The translations under genes and the position numbers were made by a program. The notes beneath the pieces are model-generated. The model did no database searches. It worked only from the letters and a program-made list of their open reading frames with translations, and was not told the origin of the DNA. A DNA stretch of 64,000 nucleotides from Methanocaldococcus indicus (GTDB taxonomy: Archaea > AGJL01 > Methanococci > Methanococcales > Methanocaldococcaceae): contig NZ_CP186926.1 in the NCBI RefSeq assembly GCF_049554935.1, positions 960,001 to 1,024,000 of the forward strand, written 5' to 3'. Positions within the stretch are counted from its first letter, which is position 1, and every line of letters begins with the position of its first letter. Shown here piece by piece: positions 1 to 13,761 of this stretch.

Positions 1-1194
1 GAAGGAGGAACTGTAAAATTAAAAGAAGAAGTATTTGACTGGAATAAATTGCCTAAGATATTGGATGAGTTAAAAGAAAATAAAAAAGGAGATAAAATCT
101 GTATAATGTGTGGAGGTAAGTATAAAAAAAGTTATACATTAAAGCAGGCGATTTATCCATTTGTAACAAAAAATAAAAGTTTAAGTGGGATTAGAACTAT
201 TAAATCACTTCCAGAGTATCATAAAAACTTGTGTTTAATGTGCTATTTGTTGGGGGTTTTGGAATGGACTGATGAGGGGCTAATATATTACACATTAAAA
301 GAAAAGAAAACATTTTTATTCCTTCCAATATTTGAGAACTTAATAGAACTTAACAAGTTTAAGGAAGAGACATTAAACGCAGGAATTTTAAAAGTATCAG
401 AAAGGTATGGAAATTTACTTAAAAAACCAAATTCCAATGACATTGAAGAAATTTTTGGGGAATATACAACCTTATTAGCATTTTATGAGAAATTCATTGT
501 TAATGTAAAAGAAAGTGAAGTATTATGCAATAAGTGGGGAGTTTTGCACATCCCATTGGGTAAAGTTAAAAATATCAAGTTTGAGACCATAAATGTTGAT
601 AAAGGAATTTTGGAGGTGATAAGTAAGTTAATAGAAGATAGCTACTTAATATATAATGATATGGTAAAAGGAATATATTTCAAAAAGAAAACCAGCAAAG
701 GATTTGTTACTGATTGGGATATTACCACTGAAATTAAAGAAAATTTGGCAAAATCATTATTAATAGACGATTTCAGAACCTTTTCAAAGCAGTTGATGCC
801 AAGAAAAGGAGGCTTTGTTATTTTATCATCAGATGCCTATGAAATTTTAGATGAACTTATCTATCTATGGAGGTTGGTAAATATGGGAATTCCTAAGGAG
901 AAATTACACACAATAAAAAGTGTTGGAAACATTATTGCGAAAATATCCCTTGGAAATTCTTCCCTACTATATAAACTTGATAAAGTTAGGACTATTGATG
1001 AGTTTTGGAGTGTTTTAAGAGAAATATCAAGAAAAATGGATGGAATGGAGAAAGATGAACTTAGAGAGATAAAACCGACTGCAATAGATGAACTTGTAAT
1101 TATGGTTAAAGAACATGAGAAAATTTGGAAAGAGATTAGAGATTTATTAGTTATCTACTCATCCATTTATCTTGCCATTAAAAAAATTAAATGA
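1..1194 (+). CDS. cas8: Type I-B (Cst1/Cas8-type) Cascade large subunit, 5'-truncated by window edge
   Basis: Frame open from base 1; CxxC...CxxC (CIMCG, CLMCY) as in Cst1/CXXC-CXXC proteins; directly upstream of cas7-cas5-cas3. Confidence 0.8.
   Translation, partial: EGGTVKLKEEVFDWNKLPKILDELKENKKGDKICIMCGGKYKKSYTLKQAIYPFVTKNKSLSGIRTIKSLPEYHKNLCLMCYLLGVLEWTDEGLIYYTLKEKKTFLFLPIFENLIELNKFKEETLNAGILKVSERYGNLLKKPNSNDIEEIFGEYTTLLAFYEKFIVNVKESEVLCNKWGVLHIPLGKVKNIKFETINVDKGILEVISKLIEDSYLIYNDMVKGIYFKKKTSKGFVTDWDITTEIKENLAKSLLIDDFRTFSKQLMPRKGGFVILSSDAYEILDELIYLWRLVNMGIPKEKLHTIKSVGNIIAKISLGNSSLLYKLDKVRTIDEFWSVLREISRKMDGMEKDELREIKPTAIDELVIMVKEHEKIWKEIRDLLVIYSSIYLAIKKIK
883..1194 (+). CDS. Putative Cas11 small subunit from an internal in-frame start in cas8 (103 aa)
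   Basis: GGAGGT at 869-874 then in-frame ATG at 883 (MGIPKEKL...), helical C-terminal domain. Confidence 0.5.
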   Translation: MGIPKEKLHTIKSVGNIIAKISLGNSSLLYKLDKVRTIDEFWSVLREISRKMDGMEKDELREIKPTAIDELVIMVKEHEKIWKEIRDLLVIYSSIYLAIKKIK

Positions 1195-1210
1195 AGAAAG
1201 GGGGGATTAG

Positions 1211-2116
1211 ATGAAAGGTATAGAGATAGTTTGGTTATCAAAAACTGATCTAACAAACCTTAACTCTGGTGAAGGAGAGAGTAACTTTATTGATGTTAAG
1301 AAATTTAAGAAAAATGGTGTTGAATATCCTTACGTTTCGGGGCAGGCGATGAGATATTATATAAAAGAGGCAATTAGAAGGAATTTAGATGAAAATGAGT
1401 TTATGTGTGTTCCAGATGATAAAGGGGAGACATGTGGAAATATAAAAGACTGTATAGGATGTGACCTCTTTGGATTCATGAAGCCAGAGAAAAATGTTGG
1501 AGCAAGGACAAGAATCTCTCCAGTAAAAGTGTCTCCAGCAATAGGATTATTGCCATTTGATGAAAACTCAGCAGTTGATTTTTTAACAAGAAAATATAGA
1601 GGGGGAGAAAAGGCAGAGGGGGATATAGTAAATGTAGAGATTGGAGTTAATATCTATAAGGTAGGTGTAGCAATCGATGTTAAAAGGGTTGGAGGCGAAG
1701 AAAAGATTGAAAATGGAGCTGTTAAAATTGATTATGCTATAGATGAAGATGAACGTAAAAATAGGATTTCAAAGGTTATTGAATCCTTGAGATATTTATC
1801 AGATTATTCAAAGCAGGCAAGATTGCTAACCGATTTTACACCAGATTTTATAATAATTGCATTCCAAGAGATATACTCTCATAGATTACAAAAGGCAATA
1901 GATTTGAAAGATAACAGGATAAATATTGGTGTATTAAAGATAATTCTTGAAGATGTTTCAGAATATTCACCAAAAATATTTGTTGGGCTTGTTCCAAACT
2001 TCTTTGAAAATGAAGAAGAAGTTAAAAATCTATTTAAAGATTTAAATATAGAAGTTAAAGCTCCTCATGTGGCAATAAAAGATGCATTGAGCTATTTAGA
2101 TGAAATTAACTTATAA
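1211..2116 (+). CDS. cas7: Cas7 (Cst2/DevR family)
   Basis: [31 protein letters not shown] motifs. Confidence 0.93.
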   Translation: MKGIEIVWLSKTDLTNLNSGEGESNFIDVKKFKKNGVEYPYVSGQAMRYYIKEAIRRNLDENEFMCVPDDKGETCGNIKDCIGCDLFGFMKPEKNVGARTRISPVKVSPAIGLLPFDENSAVDFLTRKYRGGEKAEGDIVNVEIGVNIYKVGVAIDVKRVGGEEKIENGAVKIDYAIDEDERKNRISKVIESLRYLSDYSKQARLLTDFTPDFIIIAFQEIYSHRLQKAIDLKDNRINIGVLKIILEDVSEYSPKIFVGLVPNFFENEEEVKNLFKDLNIEVKAPHVAIKDALSYLDEINL

Positions 2117-2131
2117 ATTATTGGTGTTTCT

Positions 2132-2908
2132 ATGTGGGGGTTAAAGTTTAGAGTTGAAGGAATTTACTTTGTAAGTTTTAGGAAACCAGTTACAACCTCT
2201 TTATCTTTAACCTATAAGTTACCACCTTTTACAGCAATTAGGGGGATGATAGGAAACGCTTTAGGAATGCCAAGAGATTCATTTGAGATTCAAAATTGGT
2301 TTAAAATTGGAATGAGAATTGAAGGCAAAATAGAGATTGGCAAGGAGATGGCTAAATTCTTAAAGATGATTTCAAGAAAATCATGTTATAGATGTAAGAG
2401 TTGTGGATTTGAGAAAATATCTGACTCAAAGCCAAAAAAATGTCCAAACTGTGGAGAAGGGAATATTATAAAAGTAGAGAAGGTGATTTATGATAGGGAG
2501 TTTCCATCTTCACCAATGCATAGAGAGTTTCTAATAATGCCAAAGTATTGGATTTATCTTGTAGGGGAAGAGAAGAAAATAAAAAAGAGTTATAATGCCT
2601 TAAAAAATCCAAAAAGACCATTGTATCTTGGAACATCTGATGATTTGGTAGATATTGAGGTATTTGAGCCAGTTATAGTAAAAGAAGTGGAAGAAAATAA
2701 AATATATAGTATCTTAGATGGGGTTTATGAAAAATGCATACTTGAAAAATTGCCATATAAATTTATCCCAATAAAAGACAGAAAAGGCAAGTTAAAAGAG
2801 GTTTATTCTGAATATAAACTTGTCTCTATCCCAACAAAGTTTCCATATTCAACTGAAAAGCCTTTAAAAGTTTGGGATTTTGGAGATGAGTTTATTAGGG
2901 TGTTTTAA
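2132..2908 (+). CDS. cas5: Cas5 with inserted Zn-ribbon
   Basis: SFRKP..TYKLPPFTAIRGMIGNALG and PLYLGTSDDLV motifs. Confidence 0.93.
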   Translation: MWGLKFRVEGIYFVSFRKPVTTSLSLTYKLPPFTAIRGMIGNALGMPRDSFEIQNWFKIGMRIEGKIEIGKEMAKFLKMISRKSCYRCKSCGFEKISDSKPKKCPNCGEGNIIKVEKVIYDREFPSSPMHREFLIMPKYWIYLVGEEKKIKKSYNALKNPKRPLYLGTSDDLVDIEVFEPVIVKEVEENKIYSILDGVYEKCILEKLPYKFIPIKDRKGKLKEVYSEYKLVSIPTKFPYSTEKPLKVWDFGDEFIRVF

Positions 2909-5271
2909 TGATTCTTGCTAAAAAGGAAGGAAAAGCATTTCAAACATTAAAAGGACATACTTATGACGCATTAAAAATCTACAAAGAATATTTGAGAAGA
3001 AATTTTGATGTAGTTGATGATTTTTGCAATAGGTGGGAAATTCCCACTGAAAAATTTATAAAAAATACTTTTTTCACTATTTATTTACATGATATTGGAA
3101 AAATAACAAAAGAATTCCAAAACAACATTAAAAAAGGAAATAGAAGCAATAAACATCCCCATCCACTTTATGCCCTTTCAATTATAAACAACATTGAGTT
3201 TGATTATTTGCTTGATGTTCCAATTGAGGTTTTTGCTATTTTGTCTCATCATACACAACTTTATGATAACTTATATGCTGATTATCAACAATACAAAAAA
3301 GGAACTTTTTTAGTGGATGAAATTAAAGATTTTATAAAAAATACTGAAGATGCTTATAATACCCTTGGATTTTCGAAATTTTTTGAATTTAAAGAACTAA
3401 AGATACATGAAATTCCAAAGGATGCAAAACCTTTAAAATTATACAAACTGAGAAGAGACCTTTGGATAATAACAAAAAAATATATAAATTCATTAAGCTT
3501 TAATGAAAAAATAAAAATAAAATCAATATTTTCGTTTTTATTTTCCATTCTTCAATTATGTGATGATTTTGCAAGTTTAAACTTTAGTGAATATGCAAAG
3601 AATAAAGAAGGAACTTTTGATGATATTTTGGAAAATTCAGAGATTTATGTTCCAACCTTGAATATTAAAAGTCCATTATTGTTTATCTTAAAAGATTATA
3701 AGCCATACAAATTCCAAAAAGAGCTTTATAACACAAAAAATAAGTTTGTGATGTTATTTGCCCCTTGTGGAAGGGGAAAGACAGAAGGGGCGTTACTTTG
3801 GGCATTAAATGCATTAAAAAACTTTAAAAGAAATAAAATCATCTTAGCAATGCCTACGCAAGTAACAAGCAATGCAATGTATGATAGATTGGTAAAGATT
3901 TTTGGAGAGGAAAATGTTGGTTTGTTTCATGGAAAGAGTTTTATTAAATTGAAGGATTCAAAAGATATAGAGGATGAAGAGGACTTAGAAGAGATTAGGG
4001 ATGAAAATTTTAAAGGAAACGTATTCTTTAAACCAATAACAATAACAACCATTGACCACGTTATATATTCTTTTGTTCATGGATTTTCTCATGCAGATTT
4101 TGCTTTAGGGAATATTCAGAGTTCAGTTATAATCTTCGATGAAGTCCATTACTATGAAAAATTCACATTAGAGCATTTATTAACACTTTTTGATATTTTA
4201 AGGAAAATGGATATTCCCCACTTACTTATGAGTGGGACACTGCCAAGCTTTTTAATTAACTGTTTTGAAGGTTATGAGATTATAGTTGATGAAGAGGGAT
4301 TAAATTACAAACCTTTTAAACTTGAATATTCAGAAAATCATTTAATTTGTAAAGAAGGAGATAAATGGAAAGTTAATGGAGACATAATCAATGAAATAAT
4401 AGACAACTACAAAAAAGGACTTTCCCAAGCGATTATTTTAAATACTGTTGAAAGGGCAAAAGAATTTTATAAGGCAATTAGAGATAAAGTCCCAGCAATC
4501 CTTTATCATTCCCAGTTTGCTTATAAGGATAGAGTTAATAAAGAAAAAGAAATTTTTAACTTAGAAAAAATGAGAAACAGACAAAACAAGCCTTATGTTA
4601 TAGTTGCTACACAAGTCATTGAAATTTCTCTTGATATGTCCGTTGATATTATGTATTCTGAGTTATCACCACCAGATGCCCTTGGACAGAGAGCTGGAAG
4701 ATTACATAGAAAAGGAAGAGATTGGAAAGAAAATGGAAAAGAGTATAAGCTAAAAATATTCTTGCCATATAAACACTTGCCATATAGTAAAGAACTGATA
4801 GAAAAAACACTAGACTATATAAAATTTTATGAAAAACCTTTGAATTATAGAGATATTAAGGATTTTGTTGATGATGTTTATAAAGATTATAATTTGAGTA
4901 TTCCAAGTGATTTAAAGTTATTTTTTGATGAGGCAATATTATTTGGAAGGCATTGGACAGATTTAGCAACGATAGATGATGAAGGAAAATTCTTTAAAGT
5001 TAGAGATGATAAATTTATGAAGATTGAGGTAGTTCCAAAAGTTTATTTTGATGAGTTGGGAGAGAATGCATTGAGAGCAGAATATATGGCAAAAATCCCA
5101 GTCTATTTAATTTTAAATGAAATAAAAAATGAGGAGGGGTTGATTCATTTTTATCCTTATGAAAAAAGAATTGGTAAAAGAACCAGAAGATATTTAATTT
5201 GTCTATTTAAATATACTTATGAAATAGGGTTTGACTACAGAGAGGAAGAAGAGTTTGAAGACATCTTATAG
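2908..5271 (+). CDS. cas3: Cas3 HD nuclease-helicase
   Basis: YLHDIGK, SHH, APCGRGKT, FDEVH, VATQVIEISLD, QRAGRLHR. Confidence 0.96.
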   Translation: MILAKKEGKAFQTLKGHTYDALKIYKEYLRRNFDVVDDFCNRWEIPTEKFIKNTFFTIYLHDIGKITKEFQNNIKKGNRSNKHPHPLYALSIINNIEFDYLLDVPIEVFAILSHHTQLYDNLYADYQQYKKGTFLVDEIKDFIKNTEDAYNTLGFSKFFEFKELKIHEIPKDAKPLKLYKLRRDLWIITKKYINSLSFNEKIKIKSIFSFLFSILQLCDDFASLNFSEYAKNKEGTFDDILENSEIYVPTLNIKSPLLFILKDYKPYKFQKELYNTKNKFVMLFAPCGRGKTEGALLWALNALKNFKRNKIILAMPTQVTSNAMYDRLVKIFGEENVGLFHGKSFIKLKDSKDIEDEEDLEEIRDENFKGNVFFKPITITTIDHVIYSFVHGFSHADFALGNIQSSVIIFDEVHYYEKFTLEHLLTLFDILRKMDIPHLLMSGTLPSFLINCFEGYEIIVDEEGLNYKPFKLEYSENHLICKEGDKWKVNGDIINEIIDNYKKGLSQAIILNTVERAKEFYKAIRDKVPAILYHSQFAYKDRVNKEKEIFNLEKMRNRQNKPYVIVATQVIEISLDMSVDIMYSELSPPDALGQRAGRLHRKGRDWKENGKEYKLKIFLPYKHLPYSKELIEKTLDYIKFYEKPLNYRDIKDFVDDVYKDYNLSIPSDLKLFFDEAILFGRHWTDLATIDDEGKFFKVRDDKFMKIEVVPKVYFDELGENALRAEYMAKIPVYLILNEIKNEEGLIHFYPYEKRIGKRTRRYLICLFKYTYEIGFDYREEEEFEDIL

Positions 5272-5280
5272 AGTGGAATT

Positions 5281-5776
5281 ATGGATAATTATTTAGAAGA
5301 TGAGCTTATAATTAGAGGAATTGAGATAAATTATCTCTATGTATGCAAAACAAAGCTATTTTATTTTATAAAAGGTATAACAATGGAACAAGAGAGTGAT
5401 TTTGTTGATTTAGGAAAATTTTTGCATAGAAAAAGTTACTTTGGAGAAGAAAAAGAAGTTCAAATAGGTAGTATAAAGATAGATTTTATTAGAAATTCAA
5501 ATGGAATTATTGAGATACATGAAATTAAAAAAAGTAAATCAATGGAAAAAGCTCATATTATGCAAGCTCTTTACTATATTTACTATTTAAAAAAATTAGG
5601 TTTAGAATCAATAGCAGTAATAAATTATCCAAAACTTAAAGAAAAGAAGATAGTAGAATTAACTCAAAAAGATATTTTAGAGTTAGAAAAGGCTTTAAAT
5701 GAAATTAATAAAATAAAATCAATGAAAGAACCACCAAATCCAGAATATAAAAAAATTTGTAAGAATTGTGCATACT

Positions 5777-5796
<20 letters not shown>
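5281..5796 (+). CDS. cas4: Cas4 exonuclease
   Basis: YVCKTKL, KIDFI..EIHEIKKS, QALYY, CKNCAYYELC. Confidence 0.95.
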
Positions 5797-7105
<1,309 letters not shown>

Positions 7106-7163
7106 AAAATCATCTTTTTATCATAGTTATCGATAAATTAAAAGAAAATCTTAAAAAAATTGA

Positions 7164-7328
7164 ATTTCCATACCGGGACGGTCTTATTTTAACAGGAGGC
7201 ACATTTTCAATCTGGCAGATAATAACGAGCATCATAAGAACAATGACGGTCTTATTTTAACAAAACATTTATTTATGTGCATACTTCAATATTATAGATC
7301 ATAAGAACAATGACGGTCTTATTTTAAC
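7164..7328 (-). CRISPR. Mini CRISPR array: 1 canonical and 2 chimeric repeats
   Basis: Canonical atttccataccgggacggtcttattttaac 7164-7193; atcataagaacaatgacggtcttattttaac at 7231-7261 and 7298-7328; leader to the right. Confidence 0.9.
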
Positions 7329-7713
7329 AGGAGGCACATTTTAGACATAATAATATAGCAACATAATATAGCAACGTTCTCATATATAAGCTTTTCGGGA
7401 CAAAAATTTTCGGAGGGTAGGTTTCCCTATTCATTTATATACCTTCGAACTTTTATAAAAATCTTTCTATTTAGTATTATTCCACTAAAAACCGTCTATT
7501 CTTAAAAACTAAACTAATTTATCAGGGATTAACCTAAAACTCATAAAAATCTCAGTAAATTATATAATCAAAATATATAAAATATTCAAAATATAAACCC
7601 CCTATGAATTTCTCTAAAAATCCTTTAAATTGAAAATAATCTTCTAAGACACTATAAAATCAAAAAATAAAAATTTTTAGCGTGATAATTATCATCTGAA
7701 TATATAAACTTAT
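7329..7713 (-). promoter_or_regulatory. CRISPR leader 1 with BRE/TATA
   Basis: Homologous along its length to 44860-45251; minus strand cgaaaagcttatatatg at ~7381-7397; 13-bp tandem duplication 7350-7375. Confidence 0.85.
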
Positions 7714-7783
7714 GCAATAAACTAAATAACATTCAACAAAAAACGATACTTTTTTATAACTTTACAAGGAATACTACTTAAAT

Positions 7784-8488
7784 GTGAGATATATGGATAA
7801 AGTTGTTAGATATATTTTAGGAGATATAGTTCTTTCAGATAATCCTGGAAATGCAATGAAAAAATGGAGAAAACTTTTTAATATTCAACAGAATGAGTTA
7901 TCTAAACATATGGATATAACTCCTTCTGTAATTAGTGACTATGAAAGTGGAAGGAGAAAAAATCCAGGAGTTAGTATAGTAAAAAAATATGTTCTATCTC
8001 TAATTGATATAGACAAAGAAAAAGGAGGGAAAACTGTTAATGCTTTAAAAAGGTTGTTAGATAGAAGTCCTAATATGGATGCTATCCTCTCAATTAAAGA
8101 ATATCCTAAACCTATTCCAATTGATAAGTTTATAGAGTGTATTGATGGAGAGCTAATTGTTGGTAACATAAATGGTGAAATCTATGGGCACACTGTTGTT
8201 GATAGTATAAAAGCTATTTTGGAGATGAGTGGAGAAGATTTCTATAACCTTTATGGATGGACTACTGAGAGAGCTCTAATTTTTACAAATGTCTCATCTG
8301 GTAGGAGTCCATTAGTTGCTATAAGAGTTAGTTTATTAAAACCTAAAATTGTTGTTTTACAGGGATTAAGAAGAATAGATAAATTAGCTATAAAATTGGC
8401 TGAAGTTGATGGCATTCCAGTTATAAAGACAGAGTTAGAAGTTGATGAACTAATAAATAGATTAAATAATTTGGTGGAAAAATGGTAG
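7784..8488 (+). CDS. XRE-type HTH transcriptional regulator with DRTGG-like C-terminus
   Basis: [30 protein letters not shown]; [21 protein letters not shown]. Confidence 0.8.
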   Translation: MRYMDKVVRYILGDIVLSDNPGNAMKKWRKLFNIQQNELSKHMDITPSVISDYESGRRKNPGVSIVKKYVLSLIDIDKEKGGKTVNALKRLLDRSPNMDAILSIKEYPKPIPIDKFIECIDGELIVGNINGEIYGHTVVDSIKAILEMSGEDFYNLYGWTTERALIFTNVSSGRSPLVAIRVSLLKPKIVVLQGLRRIDKLAIKLAEVDGIPVIKTELEVDELINRLNNLVEKW

Positions 8489-9519
8489 GAATTGTAGGTT
8501 ATGGTGCTTATATCCCAAGATATAGAATAAAAGTTGAAGAGATTGCAAGAGTTTGGAATAAAGACCCTGAGGCAATAAAAAAAGGATTGTTAGTTTATGA
8601 AAAAGCTGTAGCTGGTTTAGATGAAGATACTGCAACAATAGCAGTTGAAGCTGCAAAAAATGCATTAAAAAGAGCTGAAATAGATAGTAAAGATATAGGA
8701 GCTGTTTATGTAGGGAGTGAAAGTCATCCTTATGCAGTTAAGCCAACAGCTACAATAGTTGCAGAGGCAATAGATGCTACTCCAAACTTAACAGCTGCTG
8801 ATTTAGAATTTGCATGTAAAGCAGGGACAGCTGGTATTCAGATATGTTTAGGATTAGTTAAAAGTGGAATGGTCAAATATGGTTTAGCTATTGGAGCAGA
8901 TACTGCTCAAGGTGCTCCAGGAGATGCATTAGAATTTACAGCAGCTTCTGGAGGAGCTGCCTATATTATAGGAAATAAGGATGTTATAGCCCATATAAAT
9001 GATACATTTAGTTATACAACAGACACACCTGACTTTTGGAGGAGAGAAGGAAAACCTTACCCAAGACATGGAGGAAGATTCACTGGTGAGCCAGCATATT
9101 TTAAACATGTTATTAATGCAGCTAAGGGACTGATGGAAAAGGTAGGAACAAAGCCAGAAGATTATGATTATTGTGTCTTTCATCAACCAAATGGAAAATT
9201 CTACATTAGAGTTGCTAAAATATTAGGATTTAAAGAAGAGCAATATAAATATGGATTATTAACTCCATATATAGGAAATACTTATTCAGGTGCTGTTCCT
9301 TTGGGATTATCAAATATATTAGATAAATGTGAAGGTGGAGAGAAAATATTAGCTGTCTCCTATGGTAGTGGTGCAGGTAGTGATGCTTTTGATATAATTG
9401 TAGATGAAAAAATTAAAAAAGTTAAGGATAGAGCTAAAAAAACTAAGGAATATATTGAAGAGAAAGAGTATATAGATTATGCAATTTATGCCAAATTTAG
9501 GAAAAAGATTAAAATGTGA
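8482..9519 (+). CDS. hmgS: Hydroxymethylglutaryl-CoA synthase
   Basis: [30 protein letters not shown]. Confidence 0.93.
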   Translation: MVGIVGYGAYIPRYRIKVEEIARVWNKDPEAIKKGLLVYEKAVAGLDEDTATIAVEAAKNALKRAEIDSKDIGAVYVGSESHPYAVKPTATIVAEAIDATPNLTAADLEFACKAGTAGIQICLGLVKSGMVKYGLAIGADTAQGAPGDALEFTAASGGAAYIIGNKDVIAHINDTFSYTTDTPDFWRREGKPYPRHGGRFTGEPAYFKHVINAAKGLMEKVGTKPEDYDYCVFHQPNGKFYIRVAKILGFKEEQYKYGLLTPYIGNTYSGAVPLGLSNILDKCEGGEKILAVSYGSGAGSDAFDIIVDEKIKKVKDRAKKTKEYIEEKEYIDYAIYAKFRKKIKM

Positions 9520-9525
9520 CTAAAA

Positions 9526-9901
9526 ATGCTTAATGAAGTTAAAAAAGATTTTGAAGAATTTAAGGATAAAGTTTTTGGTGTATTGATTTATGGTTCTTAT
9601 ATAAAAAATGAACACACAAAAAGAAGTGATATAGATATATGTTTAATTAAAGTGGATAAAGATACATATTTTAAAATTTTAGGAAAGTTAGGAAACAAAT
9701 ATGATATAAAAATCTTTGAAGAACTCCCTCTGTATATAAAAATAGACATTATTAATAATCATAAAGTAATTTTTGGGGATGAGTTAGAGATTTCAGAATA
9801 CTTTTACAAATTTAGGAAAATTTGGAAAGATATGGAAAAGAGAATTAAAGAAAATCAATTCAATAGTGTCAAAGAAAAGGTTATGTTGAGGAGAAGATTT
9901 A

Positions 9902-9930
<29 letters not shown>
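9526..9930 (+). CDS. Minimal nucleotidyltransferase (MNT antitoxin)
   Basis: YGSY...SDIDIC; overlaps downstream HEPN gene. Confidence 0.88.
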
Positions 9931-11429
<1,499 letters not shown>

Positions 11430-11452
11430 AAAAATTAAATTAAGTGAGAATC

Positions 11453-11623
11453 ATGTGCAACTTCAACCTCTACTATAAAGGAGAAAAAATTATGGAAGAT
11501 GTTGTATTAATTGAAAAAAAAGATAATAAAGTTATAGCTATTGATTTATTTGGAGAAAGGAAAGAATTAGAAGGAGAAATTAAAAAAGTTGATGTAAATA
11601 ACAACAAAATTGAGGTTGAATAG
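11453..11623 (+). CDS. CooT-family small nickel-binding protein (56 aa, not in ORF track)
   Basis: MCNFNLYYKGEKIMEDVVLIE...IDLFGERKELEGEIKKVD; Cys2 and IMEDV/DLFGE pattern. Confidence 0.75.
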   Translation: MCNFNLYYKGEKIMEDVVLIEKKDNKVIAIDLFGERKELEGEIKKVDVNNNKIEVE

Positions 11624-11625
11624 AT

Positions 11626-12021
11626 ATGGAAGTTGTAAGAAGTTGGAGACATATAAAAGAGAGATACAACTTAATAGGAGTTAAATGTCTAAACTGTGGA
11701 ACTATATACTTCCCCTCAAGAGTAATATGTCCAAAATGTAGAAGAAAGACTAAATTTGAAAAAATAAAGTTGAGTGGGAGAGGAAAAATATATTCCTATT
11801 CAGTTGTTCATGTTCCACCTAAGGACTTTGAAAAATTAGCTCCTTATGTTATAGCAATAGTTGAATTAGAAGAAGGTACAAAAATAACAGCTCAAATTGA
11901 CTGTAAGCCAGAAGATGTATATATAGGAATGCCAGTTGAAGTAGTATTTAGAAGAATAAAAGAAGATGGAGATGATGGAGTTATTGTTTATGGATATAAG
12001 TTTAAACCTGTTAAAAACTAA
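11626..12021 (+). CDS. DUF35 Zn-ribbon/OB-fold scaffold of the thiolase-HMGS complex
   Basis: CLNCG..FPSRVICPKC, GKIYSYSVVH, YGYKF; clustered with thiolase. Confidence 0.9.
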   Translation: MEVVRSWRHIKERYNLIGVKCLNCGTIYFPSRVICPKCRRKTKFEKIKLSGRGKIYSYSVVHVPPKDFEKLAPYVIAIVELEEGTKITAQIDCKPEDVYIGMPVEVVFRRIKEDGDDGVIVYGYKFKPVKN

Positions 12022-12051
12022 GTAAAAATTAATAAAAAAATTTAATTTTTT

Positions 12052-13296
12052 TTACATAATCTCTTCTTCTGGATATGCTGGCATTTTGTGCTCAGCTAAA
12101 TCTAATCCTTTTAGCTCTTCTTCTTCACTAACTCTTAATCCCATTATCATATCTACTATTTTAGCTAAGATAAATCCTAATCCAGTTCCATAAACAATAC
12201 AGAATATTGATGCAATTATTTGGTCTATTAAACTAACTCCTCCAGCTCCTCCAAACATTTTCATTCCAAAGATTCCTGCCAATATTGCACCAACAACTCC
12301 TGCAGTTCCATGAACTGGAACAACTCCACAGACATCATCTAATCCAGCTTTTTCAACCAATCTATAAACAATTGGGACTTGTAATCCAGCTGCTAAACCA
12401 ATTAATAACCCTCCAATAGGACTTACAACATCTGTTCCTGAACAGATAGCAACTAAACCAGCAACTATTCCATTAGCTGTAAAGAGAACATCATTTTTAG
12501 AAGCTATTAATGCTCCAATTCCTCCCCCAGCCATTGCCATTGTTGTTGTTGCACAAACTAACCCAGAAATATCTCCTAAAGCTAATGAACTTCCTACGTT
12601 GAATCCATACCATCCAATAGCTAATGCAAAAGCCCCAAAAACAGCCATTGGTATATTATGTCCTAATATTGGAACTGGTTTTCCATTAACAAACCTTCCA
12701 ATTCTTGGACCTAATGCTAATATTGCCCCTAAAGCTAAAAATCCTCCTAAACCATGGACAACTAAACTTCCTGCATAGTCATGCCATGGAACAATTGAAG
12801 CTCCCCAAGGACCTAAATATACAAACAATGGATATAAAAATGCAGTAATTATTAAAGAAATAATAACATAAGCACTGAATTTAATTCTTTCTGCAACTCC
12901 TCCAGATACTATTGTTGCTGCTGTTGCACAGAAGACAAGTCCAAAGAACCAGCTTGCTAAATCTAAACCATTATTTGGCCAATTTGAACCTAATATTTTA
13001 TGCCACCAATCAATATATGCTGAAATATCAAAACCAGAAGATGCTAATATACCACCAATAAACAACCAAGAAACACAACCAATAAGCCAATCAACCATAT
13101 TTTTCATCATAACATTATTAACATTTTTCTTTCTAACTTGACCTCCCTCAAGCATTGCAAAGCCCCACTGCATCATGAAGACAAGAACACCCATAACAAC
13201 AAGGAAAAATACATCTGAAGCATTTGCTAAATGCACCAATGCCTGAACAATGGAATGAATATTGTTTGCATTTGCAAATAAATCTGCTGTTGCCAT
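12052..13296 (-). CDS. amt: Ammonium transporter
   Basis: FMMQWGFAMLEGG, DYAGSLVVH, GWYGFN, DDVCGVVPVHG. Confidence 0.95.
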   Translation of the reverse strand: MATADLFANANNIHSIVQALVHLANASDVFFLVVMGVLVFMMQWGFAMLEGGQVRKKNVNNVMMKNMVDWLIGCVSWLFIGGILASSGFDISAYIDWWHKILGSNWPNNGLDLASWFFGLVFCATAATIVSGGVAERIKFSAYVIISLIITAFLYPLFVYLGPWGASIVPWHDYAGSLVVHGLGGFLALGAILALGPRIGRFVNGKPVPILGHNIPMAVFGAFALAIGWYGFNVGSSLALGDISGLVCATTTMAMAGGGIGALIASKNDVLFTANGIVAGLVAICSGTDVVSPIGGLLIGLAAGLQVPIVYRLVEKAGLDDVCGVVPVHGTAGVVGAILAGIFGMKMFGGAGGVSLIDQIIASIFCIVYGTGLGFILAKIVDMIMGLRVSEEEELKGLDLAEHKMPAYPEEEIM

Positions 13297-13315
13297 TTGT
13301 TTTCACCTCTTCTTA

Positions 13316-13760
<445 letters not shown>

Positions 13761-13761
<1 letters not shown>

